From Anaeromyxobacteraceae bacterium (GTDB lineage: Bacteria > Myxococcota > Myxococcia > Myxococcales > Anaeromyxobacteraceae), in assembly GCA_032654565.1 (NCBI GenBank), contig JAULAX010000015.1:288001-352000 (forward strand): DNA of 64,000 nt, given 5' to 3'. The first letter of the stretch is position 1. Each line of letters opens with the position of its first letter. Below, piece by piece: positions 37,184-51,256 of the stretch. The notes beneath the pieces are model-generated. The model was not told where the DNA came from and did no database searches. It saw nothing but the letters and a program-made list of their open reading frames with translations. A program made the translations under genes and the position numbers.

Positions 37184-38263
37184 GTGCCGGGCCCGGGTGG
37201 CGAGCTGGACAGGCGGGAGCGCGAGGTGCTGCGGGCCCTGGTCCAGGACTACATCCACACCGGCGAGCCGGTCGCCTCCGGGCCGCTGCTGGCCCGCCAC
37301 GAGCTGGACGCCTCGCCGGCCACCATCCGCAGCGTCATGAGCGACCTGGAGGCGCTCGGCTTCCTGGAGAAGCCGCACACCTCCTCGGGGCGCATCCCCA
37401 CCGAGCGCGGCTACCGGCTCTACGTCGACACCATGCTCAAGATCCGGCCGCCCTCGTCGGCCGACCGCGACCGCATCACCAGCCTGACCACCGACGCCCC
37501 CGACGTCTCCCGCCTGCTCGAGGGGACCGCCGACCTCCTTCACTCCCTGTCACACCACGCCGGCGTGGTCACCACCCCGCGCCCCAAGGTGGACCCGGTG
37601 CGGCAGCTGGAGTTCGTGCGGCTGCGGGAGAACCGGCTGCTGGCGGTCTTCGTCTCCGAGGCCGGGATCGTCACCAACAAGCTGGTGCAGCTGGAGTTCC
37701 CGGTGGACGCCTCCGAGCTGGAGCGGGCCGCCGCCTACCTCAACGGGCGCATCAGCCGCGCCGGCGCCGCCGCCACCACCCTCGACGCCCTGCGGGAGCG
37801 GATCCTGGAGGACATGCGCGACGACCACTCCACCCTGCAGGGGCTGATGCAGAAGGCGCTGCGGCTGGCCGAGCAGGCCTTCGCGGCGCCGCCGGCCGAC
37901 GAGCGGGAGCGGGTGCTGGTGGACGGCGAGGCCAGCTTCCTCGACGCCCCGGAGTTCGCCGACGTCCACAAGGCGCGGGCGCTGCTCAAGGCCTTCGCCG
38001 AGAAGGATCGCATCCTGCGGGTGCTGGACCGGGTGCTGCGCTCCCAGGAGGTGCAGATCTTCATCGGCGCCGAGAGCGAGTTCGCCACCGTGCCCGACGT
38101 CTCCATGGTGGCGGCGCCCTACGGCGTGGGGGGGCGGGTGCTGGGGACCCTGGCGGTGGTCGGGCCCACCCGGATGAACTACGCCCGCGTCATCCCCCTC
38201 GTCGACCTCACCGCCCGGGAGCTCTCCCGGGCGCTGGCGCTCCGCTCCGACCCTATGGGATAA
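37184..38263 (+). CDS. hrcA: heat-inducible transcription repressor HrcA
   Basis: [51 protein letters not shown]. Confidence 0.98.
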   Translation: MPGPGGELDRREREVLRALVQDYIHTGEPVASGPLLARHELDASPATIRSVMSDLEALGFLEKPHTSSGRIPTERGYRLYVDTMLKIRPPSSADRDRITSLTTDAPDVSRLLEGTADLLHSLSHHAGVVTTPRPKVDPVRQLEFVRLRENRLLAVFVSEAGIVTNKLVQLEFPVDASELERAAAYLNGRISRAGAAATTLDALRERILEDMRDDHSTLQGLMQKALRLAEQAFAAPPADERERVLVDGEASFLDAPEFADVHKARALLKAFAEKDRILRVLDRVLRSQEVQIFIGAESEFATVPDVSMVAAPYGVGGRVLGTLAVVGPTRMNYARVIPLVDLTARELSRALALRSDPMG

Positions 38264-38269
38264 TGAAAA

Positions 38270-38958
38270 ATGGCCGAACGGCACCCCTCAGGCAGCTTCA
38301 AGGCCGACATCCCGACCGACGCCGTCGAGGAGGCGCTCCGCTCCGTGGAGCGGGTGACCGGCCACTTCCCGGCGGTCGCCGATCCGGGCGCCGAGCCCCC
38401 CGTCGAGGTGGAGGGGGAGGCGCCGGCCCCATCAGGGACGCTGGAGTCGCTGCAGGCGCAGCTCGACCTCTCCCAGTCGATGGGGCGTGAGACCCAGAAG
38501 AAGCTGGCCGAGGCCCATGACCGCTGGGTGCGCGCCGCCGCCGACCTGGAAAATTACCGGAAGCGGTCACAGAAGGAGCGGGATGACGTCCAGAAGTTCG
38601 GGGTGGAGAGGCTGGTCAAGGACCTCCTCCCGGTGCTGGACAACCTGGATCGCGCCCTGGCGGCCGCCGCCGCCGACGATCCGCTGGTGACGGGGGTCAA
38701 GCTGGTGCGGACGTCGTTCGAGCAGGCGCTCGGTCGCCACGGGGTCAAGGGCTTCAGCGCCCTGGGGGCCCCGTTCGACCCGGCCCAGCACGAGGCGCTC
38801 ATGCAGGTGCCGACCGCCGAGGCCCCCCCGGGGACGGTGATGCTGGAGCACGCCCGGGGCTTCACGCTGCACGAGCGGCTGGTCCGCCCGGCCATGGTGG
38901 GCGTGGCGGTGGCGCTGCCGAAGCCCGAAGGCACGGGCGAAGGCGAAGCGGAAGAGAC

Positions 38959-38962
<4 letters not shown>
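38270..38962 (+). CDS. grpE: nucleotide exchange factor GrpE
   Basis: [42 protein letters not shown]. Confidence 0.97.
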
Positions 38963-40785
<1,823 letters not shown>

Positions 40786-40882
40786 CCCTCGGCACCCGAC
40801 CGGCTTGCCAGGGCCGGATCACGCGTTACATTCCGGCCGGCCCTCCCCCCGGGGCCCACCTGCCTGGAAGGGCTGACCTCAC

Positions 40883-42019
40883 GTGGACAAGCGCGACTAC
40901 TACGAGGTGCTCGGCGTCGCCCGCGACGTCGATGCCGCCGGGCTGAAGACCGCCTACCGCAAGCTGGCCCACCAGCACCACCCGGACAAGAACCAGGGCG
41001 ACGCCGCGGCCGAGGAGAAGTTCAAGGAGCTCACCGAGGCCTACGCGGTGCTCTCTGACGAGGAGAAGCGGGCCCGCTACGACCGCTTCGGCCACGCCGG
41101 CGGCGGCGGCTCGGCCGGCGACCCCTTCGGCTTCGGCATGGGCGGCGCCTCCATCAACGACATCTTCGGGGACATCTTCGGCGAGGTCTTCGGCGGCGGC
41201 GGCGGACGGCGGGCCCGCCAGCGGACCCGCGGCGAGGACTACCGCTACCACCTCGAGCTCACCCTCGAGGAGGCGGCCTTCGGCGTCACCAAGCGGCTGC
41301 GCATCCCCCGCCCCCGCCCCTGCGAGCCCTGCAAGGGGAGCGGCGCCAAGGCCGGCACCGCCCCCCGCACCTGCCCCACCTGCGGCGGCAGCGGCGAGGT
41401 CCGGCTCACCCAGGGCTTCTTCGCCATCGCCCGCACCTGCCACCACTGCCAGGGGGCCGGCCGGGTCATCGTCGAGAAGTGCCCGGCCTGCGGCGGCGCC
41501 GGCGCCACCCGCGACGAGGTGGACGTCGAGGTGGCCATCCCGCCCGGCGTCGACACCGGCACCCGGGTCCGCTCGCTGGGCGACGGCGGCCCGCCGCCCA
41601 CCCCGTCGGGCCAGGCCGGCGACCTCTACGTGGTCATCCAGGTGAAGGAGCACGCCCTGTTCCGGCGCGAGGGGACCGAGATCGTCTGCGAGGTGCCGGT
41701 CTCCTTCACCCAGGCGGCGCTGGGGGCCACCATCGAGGTGCCCACCCTGGACGGCCCGCACAAGCTCAAGCTCCCGGCCGGCACCCAGGCCGGGTCCACG
41801 CTCAAGGTGAAGCACAAGGGGGTCCCCGGCCTCAACGGCGGCGGCCGCGGCGACCAGCACGTGGTGATCTTCGTGGAGACGCCCACCCACCTGACCGCCG
41901 ACCAGCGCGAGCTGCTGGAGCAGTTCGCCGAGATCTCCGGAGAGACCACCCACCCGCGGGGGCACAGCTTCTGGGAGAAGGCGGCGGAACTGTGGCGGGA
42001 CTCGAAGAAGAAGCGGTAA
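40883..42019 (+). CDS. dnaJ: chaperone DnaJ
   Basis: J-domain HPD, G/F region, four CxxCxGxG motifs; TTGCCA...TACATT promoter-like sequence upstream. Confidence 0.98.
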   Translation: MDKRDYYEVLGVARDVDAAGLKTAYRKLAHQHHPDKNQGDAAAEEKFKELTEAYAVLSDEEKRARYDRFGHAGGGGSAGDPFGFGMGGASINDIFGDIFGEVFGGGGGRRARQRTRGEDYRYHLELTLEEAAFGVTKRLRIPRPRPCEPCKGSGAKAGTAPRTCPTCGGSGEVRLTQGFFAIARTCHHCQGAGRVIVEKCPACGGAGATRDEVDVEVAIPPGVDTGTRVRSLGDGGPPPTPSGQAGDLYVVIQVKEHALFRREGTEIVCEVPVSFTQAALGATIEVPTLDGPHKLKLPAGTQAGSTLKVKHKGVPGLNGGGRGDQHVVIFVETPTHLTADQRELLEQFAEISGETTHPRGHSFWEKAAELWRDSKKKR

Positions 42020-42030
42020 GACTGCGGTCG

Positions 42031-44157
42031 ATGGTCGCCCCCGCCCGCCGCCCCGGATCGCTCGCCCCGCTGGCGCTCGGCCTGGCCCTGGCCCTGCCGC
42101 TGGCCGCCTGCGCCCCGGCCCGGGTGCTGGTGCGCGGGCAGGAGCTGCCGGTGGCCCAGGCCGAGGTGCTGGTCCACGACGAGCTGGCCGCCGAGCGGGC
42201 CGCCGCCGTCCGGCTCCCTCCCGCCGAGCGGGCCGCGCGCCTCGAGGCGCTGGCCTCCCGCTACCCCGGCGTCCCCAGCTCCGCCGAGCTGCTCCACGAG
42301 GCGGCCCGCACCTGGCGCCTGGCCGGCGAGCGCCCCCGCTCGGCCGCGGCGCTGGGGCGGCTGCTGGTCGACTACCCGCTCTACCCCGGCGCCACCCAGG
42401 CCAAGTACGAGCTGGCGCTGCTCGACCTGGAGCTGGGGCGCACCCGCGACGGCCTGGCCACCCTGGCCTCCACCTACCCGCGCCTCCGAGAGGCCGACCA
42501 GCCGGCCGCCGCCCGCGCCGCCGCCACCGCCGCCGAGGCGGCCCGGCTCTGGCCCGACGCGGTCCGCTGGTGGGGGGCGCTGGCCGCCCGCGCCGCCGGC
42601 GCCGAGCGGGCCGAGGCCCTGGCCCGCGCCGTCGACGTCCTCGACGCCCGGCTCACCCAGCCCGAGCTGCTCAAGCTGCGCGACACCCTGCCGCCCGACT
42701 CGCCGGCCCTGGCCGCCCTGGCCATGAAGCTGACCCGCATCCGCCTCCACGAGCACGACACCGCCGGCGCCGAGCAGGAGGCCCGGGCGCTGCTGGCCGC
42801 CTGGCCCGACTCGCCCTGGACCGCCGACGCCCGCGCCGTGCTGGAGCGGCTGGCGCGGCTCCACACCGTCAAGCCCACCGTCATCGGCGTGGCGGTGCCG
42901 CTCTCCGGCCAGTTCAAGCGCTGGGGCGAGGTCATCCTCCAGGGGATCGCCCTGGCCATCCCCGAGGGCTCGCCCCTCACCGTGGTGGTGCGCGACACCC
43001 GCGGCGAGCCGGACGGCGCCGCCACCGCCATCGAGCAGCTCACCCTCGACGAGCAGGCCATCCTGGTGGTTGGCGGGGTCAGCAGCGGCGAGGCGGAGCG
43101 GGCCGCCGCCACCGCCGAGGAGCTGCGGGTCCCCTTCATCTCCCTCTCCAAGCAGGAGAACGTCACCGACGCCGGCCCCCACGTCTTCCAGAACATGCTC
43201 ACCGCCAGCGCCCAGGCCCGGGCCCTGGCCGAGCTCTTCATGGGCCGGCGCGGGCTGCGCCGCTTCGCCATCCTCTACCCCTCGGTCCCCTACGGCGCCG
43301 AGCTGGCCTACGCCTTCTGGGACGAGGTGGAGGCCCGCGGCGGCGAGGTGCGCGCCGCCGAGACCTACCTCATCGACCGGACCACCTTCACGCCGCTGGT
43401 GAAGTCGATGGTGGGCCGGCTCTTCGTCGAGGAGCGCCCCGAGTACGTCGAGGCCGCCAAGGAGATCGCCCAGAAGGAGCCGGACCCCTTCCGCCGCCGC
43501 AAGGCCCTGGAGAAGCTGCGCGACGGCCTGGAGCCGGTCACCGACTTCGACGCCGTGCTGGTCGCCGACTTCGCCCGCAACGTCAAGCTGATCGCCCCGG
43601 CGCTGGCGGTGGAGGACGTGCTCACCATCACCTGCCTGCCCGAGGAGCTGAAGCGCATCGAGAAGAACGCCGAGAGGAACGCCGAGAAGGGGGCCCCGCG
43701 GCGGGAGTCGCGGGTGGTGCAGCTGCTGGGCGGCAACGGCTGGGGCGGCGACCCCTCGCTCTTCGACGCCGGGCCGGGAGGGGCGGGGCGCCACGTGCGC
43801 TGCGCCATCTACGTGGACGGCTTCTTCGCCGGCTCGACGCTGCCCGCCACCCGGGCCTTCACCGAGGCCTACCGCAAGCGGTTCGCCGCCGAGCCGACCA
43901 TCCTCGAGGCCAGCGCCCACGACGCCGTGAAGATGGCCCGCCAGGTGCTGGAGCAGGGGAGGGCGGTGACCCGCGAGGCGCTGCGCGACGGGCTGGCCGG
44001 CCTCAAGGGGTTCAAGGGGGCCACCGGCGAGCTCTCCTTCTCGCCGCGCCGCACCCCGGAGAAGGAGCTCTTCTTCCTCACCTCCGACCGCGACGGGGTC
44101 CGCGAGCTGACCCGCGCCGAGCTCGACGCCCGCGGGCCGGGCTCCGGCGGCCCCTGA
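42031..44157 (+). CDS. LpoA/LppC-like lipoprotein (TPR plus periplasmic-binding-protein fold)
   Basis: PLAAC lipobox, TPR-like N-half, IGVAVPLSG...RDTRGE periplasmic-binding-protein type 1 domain, FKGATGELSF. Confidence 0.75.
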   Translation: MVAPARRPGSLAPLALGLALALPLAACAPARVLVRGQELPVAQAEVLVHDELAAERAAAVRLPPAERAARLEALASRYPGVPSSAELLHEAARTWRLAGERPRSAAALGRLLVDYPLYPGATQAKYELALLDLELGRTRDGLATLASTYPRLREADQPAAARAAATAAEAARLWPDAVRWWGALAARAAGAERAEALARAVDVLDARLTQPELLKLRDTLPPDSPALAALAMKLTRIRLHEHDTAGAEQEARALLAAWPDSPWTADARAVLERLARLHTVKPTVIGVAVPLSGQFKRWGEVILQGIALAIPEGSPLTVVVRDTRGEPDGAATAIEQLTLDEQAILVVGGVSSGEAERAAATAEELRVPFISLSKQENVTDAGPHVFQNMLTASAQARALAELFMGRRGLRRFAILYPSVPYGAELAYAFWDEVEARGGEVRAAETYLIDRTTFTPLVKSMVGRLFVEERPEYVEAAKEIAQKEPDPFRRRKALEKLRDGLEPVTDFDAVLVADFARNVKLIAPALAVEDVLTITCLPEELKRIEKNAERNAEKGAPRRESRVVQLLGGNGWGGDPSLFDAGPGGAGRHVRCAIYVDGFFAGSTLPATRAFTEAYRKRFAAEPTILEASAHDAVKMARQVLEQGRAVTREALRDGLAGLKGFKGATGELSFSPRRTPEKELFFLTSDRDGVRELTRAELDARGPGSGGP

Positions 44158-44179
44158 CCGTGGGCCGGAGGCGCGCCGC

Positions 44180-44542
44180 ATGACCGACCCCACCCCGTCA
44201 CCCGGCGACGCCGCCTGGGCCGAGCTAATGGGGCGCTGGGACGACCCGGCCGCGCACCGCGCCCTGCTGTCCGGCTGCGCCGACCTGGAGGCCCTGGCCG
44301 AGGTGGGGCGGCGCTACCGGGCGGTGCTGGAGGAGCGCCCCGCCGACCCCATGGCCCGCGAGATGAAGGGGGAGATCCTGAAGCGGGCCACCGTCATCGG
44401 CCTCTCCCAGCTCCCCCGCACCCGGCCGCCCACCTTCCGCTCCGGGGTCTGGCCGCGGCGGCTCATCCTCGGCGGCGTGCTGGCGGTGGCCACCGCCCTC
44501 TCCTGGATGCTGGGCCGGCTCATCCTCGGGAACACGCCCTGA
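44180..44542 (+). CDS. hypothetical protein with C-terminal TM helix
   Basis: GC3-biased ORF between the lpoA-like gene and dinG. Confidence 0.7.
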   Translation: MTDPTPSPGDAAWAELMGRWDDPAAHRALLSGCADLEALAEVGRRYRAVLEERPADPMAREMKGEILKRATVIGLSQLPRTRPPTFRSGVWPRRLILGGVLAVATALSWMLGRLILGNTP

Positions 44543-46566
44543 GCCGTCGTCCGCCGACCGTCGACGGCCTGCTCGGCCCCGGCGGCGCCCTCGACCGCGC
44601 CCTGCCGGCCTACGAGCAGCGGCGCGACCAGCTCGACATGGCCCACGCCGTGGAGCGGGCCCTCGCGGAGCGCCACCACCTGGTGGTCGAGGCCGGCACC
44701 GGCACCGGAAAGACCCTGGCCTACCTGGTGCCGGCGGTCCTCTCCGGCCGGCGGGTGGTCATCTCCACCGCCACCAAGGCGCTGCAGGAGCAGATCTGGT
44801 GGAAGGACCTGCCGCTGCTGCAGGACCGCTGCGGGCTCGACCTGGAGGCCGCCTACCTGAAGGGGCGCTCCAACTACCTCTGCCTGGAGCGGCTGGTCCG
44901 CTTCGACCGCGCCCCCACCTTCACGGTCCGTGACGAGGCCTCGCACTGGCCCTCGCTGCGCGACTGGGCCGAGTCCACCGAGACCGGCGACCGGGCCGAG
45001 CTCGACCTGCCCGACCAGTTCGCCGCCTGGAAGGACCTCTCCGCCACCAGCGACACCTGCCTGGGGCGGGAGTGCGACCTCTACGAGGAGTGCTTCGTCA
45101 CCCGGGCCCGGGCCCGGGCCGCCGAGGCCCAGCTGGTGCTGGTCAACCACCACCTCTACCTGGCCGACCTGGGCATGCGCACCGGCGCGGCCGGCGCCGA
45201 GGTGCTCCCCAACCACGAGGTGGTCATCTTCGACGAGGCCCACGCCGTCGAGGAGGTGGCCACCGAGTACTTCGGGCTGGAGGTCTCCTCCTGGCGGGTC
45301 GAGGAGCTGGCCCGCGACGCCGCCCGGGCGGTCAGCGACCGGCCCGACCTGGCGGCGATGATGAAGGAGCTGACCGGCGAGCTGCGCCGCGCCGGCGAGC
45401 GCTACTTCGAGGCGGTGGGCGGGGCGCTGCGGGTGGCGGCCGGCGCCGGCCGGGCCGGCGGGCGCGGCGGTCGGCCCCCGGCGCGGTCGGCCCGCCTCGA
45501 CGAGGAGCCGGCCCGGGCCCCGCTCTCGGTGGAGACCCTGGAGGTGGCCGCCGAGGCCCGCCACCGGCTCGACGCCGCCCTCGAGCAGCTGCGCGACACC
45601 CTGGCCGACGCCGACACCACCGCGCTCTCCCAGCTGGCGCGGCGGGCCGGCGAGGTGCGGGTGGAGCTGCAGGCGGTGACCGCCCTCAACGAGCCGAGCC
45701 GGGTCTACTTCGGCGAGACCCGCGGCCGCGGCGTCTTCCTGCGGGCGGCGCCGCTCGACGTCGGCGGCGAGCTCAAGGAGCGGCTCTACGCCCGGCTCGA
45801 CACCACCGTCTTCACCAGCGCCACGCTCTGCGCCCAGGGGCGCTTCGACTTCTTCCGCCGCCAGGTGGGGCTCGACGCCACCCTCACCGTCGAGGAGGCC
45901 CGCTTCCCCGGGCCGTTCGACTTCACCCGCCAGGCGGCGCTGGTGGTGCCCGACGGCCTCCCCGAGCCGAACCAGCCCGGCTTCGTGGAGGCGGCCGCGG
46001 CGGTGATCGCCGAGCTCTGCCAAGTCACCGGCGGGCGGGCCTTCATCCTCTGCACCTCCTACCGCAACATGACCGCCTTCCACGCCGCCGCCGAGGGGCT
46101 GCCCTGGCCGCGCCTCCTGCAGGGGGAGCGCCCCAAGCACCGGCTGCTGGAGGCCTTCCGCGCCGAGCCCTCGCTGCTCTTCGCCACCGCCAGCTTCTGG
46201 GAGGGGGTGGACGTGCCCGGCGCGGCGCTCTCGCTGGTGATCATCGACCGGCTGCCCTTCTCGCCGCCCAACGACCCGGTGGTGGCGGCGCGGCTGGCGG
46301 CGGCCGAGGCCGAGGGGCGCGACGGCTTCTCCGAGCTGCAGGTGCCGGCGGCGGCGCTGGCGCTGCGCCAGGGGTTCGGCCGGCTGATCCGCACCACCAC
46401 CGACCGCGGCCTGGTGGTGGTGCTCGACCGGCGGCTGGTGACCAAGGGCTACGGCCGCGCCTTCCGCGCCACCCTGCCGCCCAGCCCGCTGTTGCGAAGC
46501 GTCGGGGAGGCCCGCACCTGGTGGGAGGCGGGGGCGGCCGGTGGAGGAGCCCCGGACCCGGGGTGA
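44539..46566 (+). CDS. ATP-dependent DNA helicase, DinG/YoaA family
   Basis: YEQRRDQ Q-motif, EAGTGTGKT, four Fe-S Cys, DEAH, SFWEGVDVPG, QGFGRLIR. The conserved N-terminus extends upstream of ATG 44638 to CTG 44539. Confidence 0.93.
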   Translation: MSRRPPTVDGLLGPGGALDRALPAYEQRRDQLDMAHAVERALAERHHLVVEAGTGTGKTLAYLVPAVLSGRRVVISTATKALQEQIWWKDLPLLQDRCGLDLEAAYLKGRSNYLCLERLVRFDRAPTFTVRDEASHWPSLRDWAESTETGDRAELDLPDQFAAWKDLSATSDTCLGRECDLYEECFVTRARARAAEAQLVLVNHHLYLADLGMRTGAAGAEVLPNHEVVIFDEAHAVEEVATEYFGLEVSSWRVEELARDAARAVSDRPDLAAMMKELTGELRRAGERYFEAVGGALRVAAGAGRAGGRGGRPPARSARLDEEPARAPLSVETLEVAAEARHRLDAALEQLRDTLADADTTALSQLARRAGEVRVELQAVTALNEPSRVYFGETRGRGVFLRAAPLDVGGELKERLYARLDTTVFTSATLCAQGRFDFFRRQVGLDATLTVEEARFPGPFDFTRQAALVVPDGLPEPNQPGFVEAAAAVIAELCQVTGGRAFILCTSYRNMTAFHAAAEGLPWPRLLQGERPKHRLLEAFRAEPSLLFATASFWEGVDVPGAALSLVIIDRLPFSPPNDPVVAARLAAAEAEGRDGFSELQVPAAALALRQGFGRLIRTTTDRGLVVVLDRRLVTKGYGRAFRATLPPSPLLRSVGEARTWWEAGAAGGGAPDPG

Positions 46567-46599
46567 GGCGAGGCCGGGCGGGCCGGAGGAGGCCCGGGC

Positions 46600-47079
46600 T
46601 CAGTCCCGCTTGTCGCGCTCGCGCCGCTGCTCGCGGTCCTTCTTGTCGCCCTCGCGCCGGTGCTCGTCGTCCTTCTTGTTGCGCTCCCGCTGCTGCTCCC
46701 GGTCGTCCTTGCGCTCCTCCCGCCGGTCCTCGCGCCGCTCGACGCGATCGTGGTGGCCGCGGGCCGGCTCCCACTGCCGGTAGTGGCCGCGGGGGATCCG
46801 CTCCAGCCGCGGCGGCACGCCGCGCTCCATCTGCACCCAGCCGCGCCGGTGGTCGTGCGACCGGTACCAGTGGGTGTCGCGCCGTACCCAGTAGAAGCCG
46901 TCGACGAAGAAGATCTCCTCGTTGACGTGCGGCACCACCCGGATGCCCGGCTCGATCACCACCAGGGTGGGCAGCACCACCGGCAGGTCGAAGCGGAGCT
47001 GCACGGCCAGCTGGGCGGCGGCCGGCTGGGGGAGGAGGAACGACGCGACGACGACGGCGGCGAGCAGTGTGGTGCGCAT
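46600..47079 (-). CDS. secreted hypothetical protein with aromatic core and highly charged tail
   Basis: Signal peptide ending PAAA-Q; FFVDGFYWVRRDTHWYRS; R/E/D/K-rich C-terminus. Confidence 0.75.
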   Translation of the reverse strand: MRTTLLAAVVVASFLLPQPAAAQLAVQLRFDLPVVLPTLVVIEPGIRVVPHVNEEIFFVDGFYWVRRDTHWYRSHDHRRGWVQMERGVPPRLERIPRGHYRQWEPARGHHDRVERREDRREERKDDREQQRERNKKDDEHRREGDKKDREQRRERDKRD

Positions 47080-47262
47080 GGAGAGGAGATGCACCAGCGG
47101 GCCCGGATATTCAATCGGCTCCCCCGTGGAGGTGCGCGCCTGCGCCGCGCCCCAAAAAGCCACCGGGCACCCCACGCGACGCCGCTTCACGGCCTCTCGA
47201 GCCCCCCGGGTTCCCAGCGTCCCAGCGTCCCCGCGCAGCTCTCCCGCGCCCCCGCCGGGCCG

Positions 47263-49002
<1,740 letters not shown>

Positions 49003-49182
49003 CGGGGGCGGGGGCTCCAGGGTTTCCAGCGCGGGGTGAGGTCCCGGGCGGGACGGCGCGATCCTAGTCGAAGCACCGGGCGGGGTCCAAGGGCGCCGGG
49101 CCGCCGCCGCGACCGGAAAGGATTTCGCCGCCGGCTGGATCACGCCGGGAGGCGCGGCTATGCTCACCGGAAGGCGAGGCCC

Positions 49183-49875
49183 ATGGTCCAGATCAACAAC
49201 GAGGCGCGCGAGCTCTCCATCAAGGTGGTCTATTACGGCCCGGCCCTCTCCGGGAAGACCACCAACCTCCAGGCGCTCTACCAGAAGATCTCCCCGGAGG
49301 TCCGTGGCCGGCTGATGACGCTGGACACCAAGGACGACCGGACCCTCTTCTTCGACATGATGCCGGTCTTCTTCAAGACCGAGGCCGGCGTCAAGGTGAA
49401 GCTCCGGCTCTACACGGTGCCGGGCCAGGTGATCCACGAGTCGACGCGGCGCATCGTCCTGCAGGGGACCGACGCCGTGGTCTTCGTGGCCGACAGCCGC
49501 CGCAGCGAGGCGGCGGCCACCCTGGCCTACTGGAGCAACATGCTGAAGAACATGGAGGCGAACGGGCTCGACTACCGGACGCTGCCCATCATCATCCAGC
49601 TCAACAAGCGCGACCTGCCCGACGCCCGGCGCGAGGACGAGCTGGGCGACCTGCGCAAGGTGATCCGCCCCCCCATGGTGCCGGCGGTGGCGGTGCGCGG
49701 CGAGGGGGTGGTGGAGACCCTCTGGGCCCTGCTCTCCCTCACCTACCGCAGCCTGGATCGCAACCTGGGGCTGGCCGACCGCTGGAAGGTCAGCGAGAAG
49801 GAGTTCCTGGCCCGGGTCTTCGACCACGTCGACCTGCGCGGCACGCGGCTGCAGGGCGAGGCCACGACGCGATGA
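49183..49875 (+). CDS. MglA-family small GTPase (SofG-like)
   Basis: KVVYYGPALSGKTTNL, RTLFFD, YTVPGQ, VVFVADS, NKRDL; no adjacent mglB. Confidence 0.92.
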   Translation: MVQINNEARELSIKVVYYGPALSGKTTNLQALYQKISPEVRGRLMTLDTKDDRTLFFDMMPVFFKTEAGVKVKLRLYTVPGQVIHESTRRIVLQGTDAVVFVADSRRSEAAATLAYWSNMLKNMEANGLDYRTLPIIIQLNKRDLPDARREDELGDLRKVIRPPMVPAVAVRGEGVVETLWALLSLTYRSLDRNLGLADRWKVSEKEFLARVFDHVDLRGTRLQGEATTR

Positions 49876-51254
49876 GCCCGGCGCCGTCCTTCCTCCAGCA
49901 GCGGCTGCCGCTGGGCGACCTGCTCGACCTGCGCGCCTTCAGCGAGGTCTGCCAGTCGTTCGCCGAGCTCTACCGGGTGGGGCTGAAGGTCTTCGACGAG
50001 GCCGGCAACAAGCTGGTCGACGTCAAGGTCGGCAACGCCGACTTCTGCGGCTACATCTGGACCAAGGCGGCCGGGCGCGAGCAGTGCGTGGCCACGGTGG
50101 GGCGGGTCAAGACCGCGCCGGTGGAGGAGCTGCCCAAGCCGGTCTCCTTCGCCTGCTTCTCCGGCTGCAGCTACGTGGTCCAGCCGGTGCTCCACGAGGG
50201 CGACTCCATCGGCCGGGTGGTCTTCGGCCCCTTCGTCCCGGAGAGCCTCGCCGAGCTGCCGGCCAGCCTCACCGGCATCGCCGCCGACTTCGACGCCCCC
50301 CAGGCCGCCTCCTACCTGCAGAAGATCCGGCGCGTCCAGCCGGAGACCGCCGAGAAGATCCTCAAGCACTTCATGGATCTGCTCGACGTCATGGTCTTCA
50401 GCGGCCACAAGAACCTCATCTCCGCCAAGCTGCACATCGAGGCGGTGCAGGAGAGCTACCGCGAGCTGCAGGAGAAGAACCGGCTGCTCGAGGAGAGCTT
50501 CCAGAAGCTCAAGGAGCTGGACCGGCTCAAGTCCAACTTCATCGCCACCATGAGCCACGAGCTGCGCACCCCGCTCACCAGCGTCATCGGCTACTCGGAG
50601 ATGATGCTGGAGGGGCTGGGCGGCACCCTCTCCGAGGAGCAGCGCGAGTACCTCAACATCATCATGGACAAGGGCGAGAGCCTGCTCCACCTCATCACCT
50701 CGATCCTCGACATCTCCAAGATCGAGGCCGGGCGGGTGCGGCTGATGATGGGCGAGGTGGACGTGGCCCAGCTGCTCCGCGACGCCGCCGCCACCGTGCT
50801 GCCGGCCGCCCGCAAGAAGAAGGTCCAGGTGGTCTGCGAGCCCGGCCAGCTCCCCGGCCTCCACGCCGACCGCGAGAAGCTGCGCCAGTGCCTCATCAAC
50901 CTGGCCTCCAACGCCGTCAAGTTCACCCCGGCCGGCGGCACCGTCACCGTCTCCGCCGAGGTGCTGCCCGGCGAGAAGCTGGCCCTGCGGGTCGCCGACA
51001 CCGGCATCGGCATCGCCGCCGAGCACCTCAAGCGGATCTTCGACGTCTTCTACCAGGTGGACGGCTCCACCACCCGCGAGTACGGCGGGGCCGGGCTGGG
51101 GCTGGCCATCGTCAAGAGCTTCGTCGAGGCCCACGGCGGCGAGACCAAGGTGACCTCGACCCCGGGGAAGGGCTCCAGCTTCACCCTGGTCCTGCCGCTG
51201 CGCCAGCGCCCCGAGCCGGCGCTGACCCCGGTGGCCCCCGCCACGCCGGTCTGA
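49872..51254 (+). CDS. cytoplasmic histidine kinase with PocR-like sensor domain
   Basis: FC...C...C Cys pattern followed by GRVVFGPF; MSHELRTPL, NAVKFT, DTGIGI, GGAGLGL. Confidence 0.9.
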   Translation: MSPAPSFLQQRLPLGDLLDLRAFSEVCQSFAELYRVGLKVFDEAGNKLVDVKVGNADFCGYIWTKAAGREQCVATVGRVKTAPVEELPKPVSFACFSGCSYVVQPVLHEGDSIGRVVFGPFVPESLAELPASLTGIAADFDAPQAASYLQKIRRVQPETAEKILKHFMDLLDVMVFSGHKNLISAKLHIEAVQESYRELQEKNRLLEESFQKLKELDRLKSNFIATMSHELRTPLTSVIGYSEMMLEGLGGTLSEEQREYLNIIMDKGESLLHLITSILDISKIEAGRVRLMMGEVDVAQLLRDAAATVLPAARKKKVQVVCEPGQLPGLHADREKLRQCLINLASNAVKFTPAGGTVTVSAEVLPGEKLALRVADTGIGIAAEHLKRIFDVFYQVDGSTTREYGGAGLGLAIVKSFVEAHGGETKVTSTPGKGSSFTLVLPLRQRPEPALTPVAPATPV

Positions 51255-51256
51255 CC

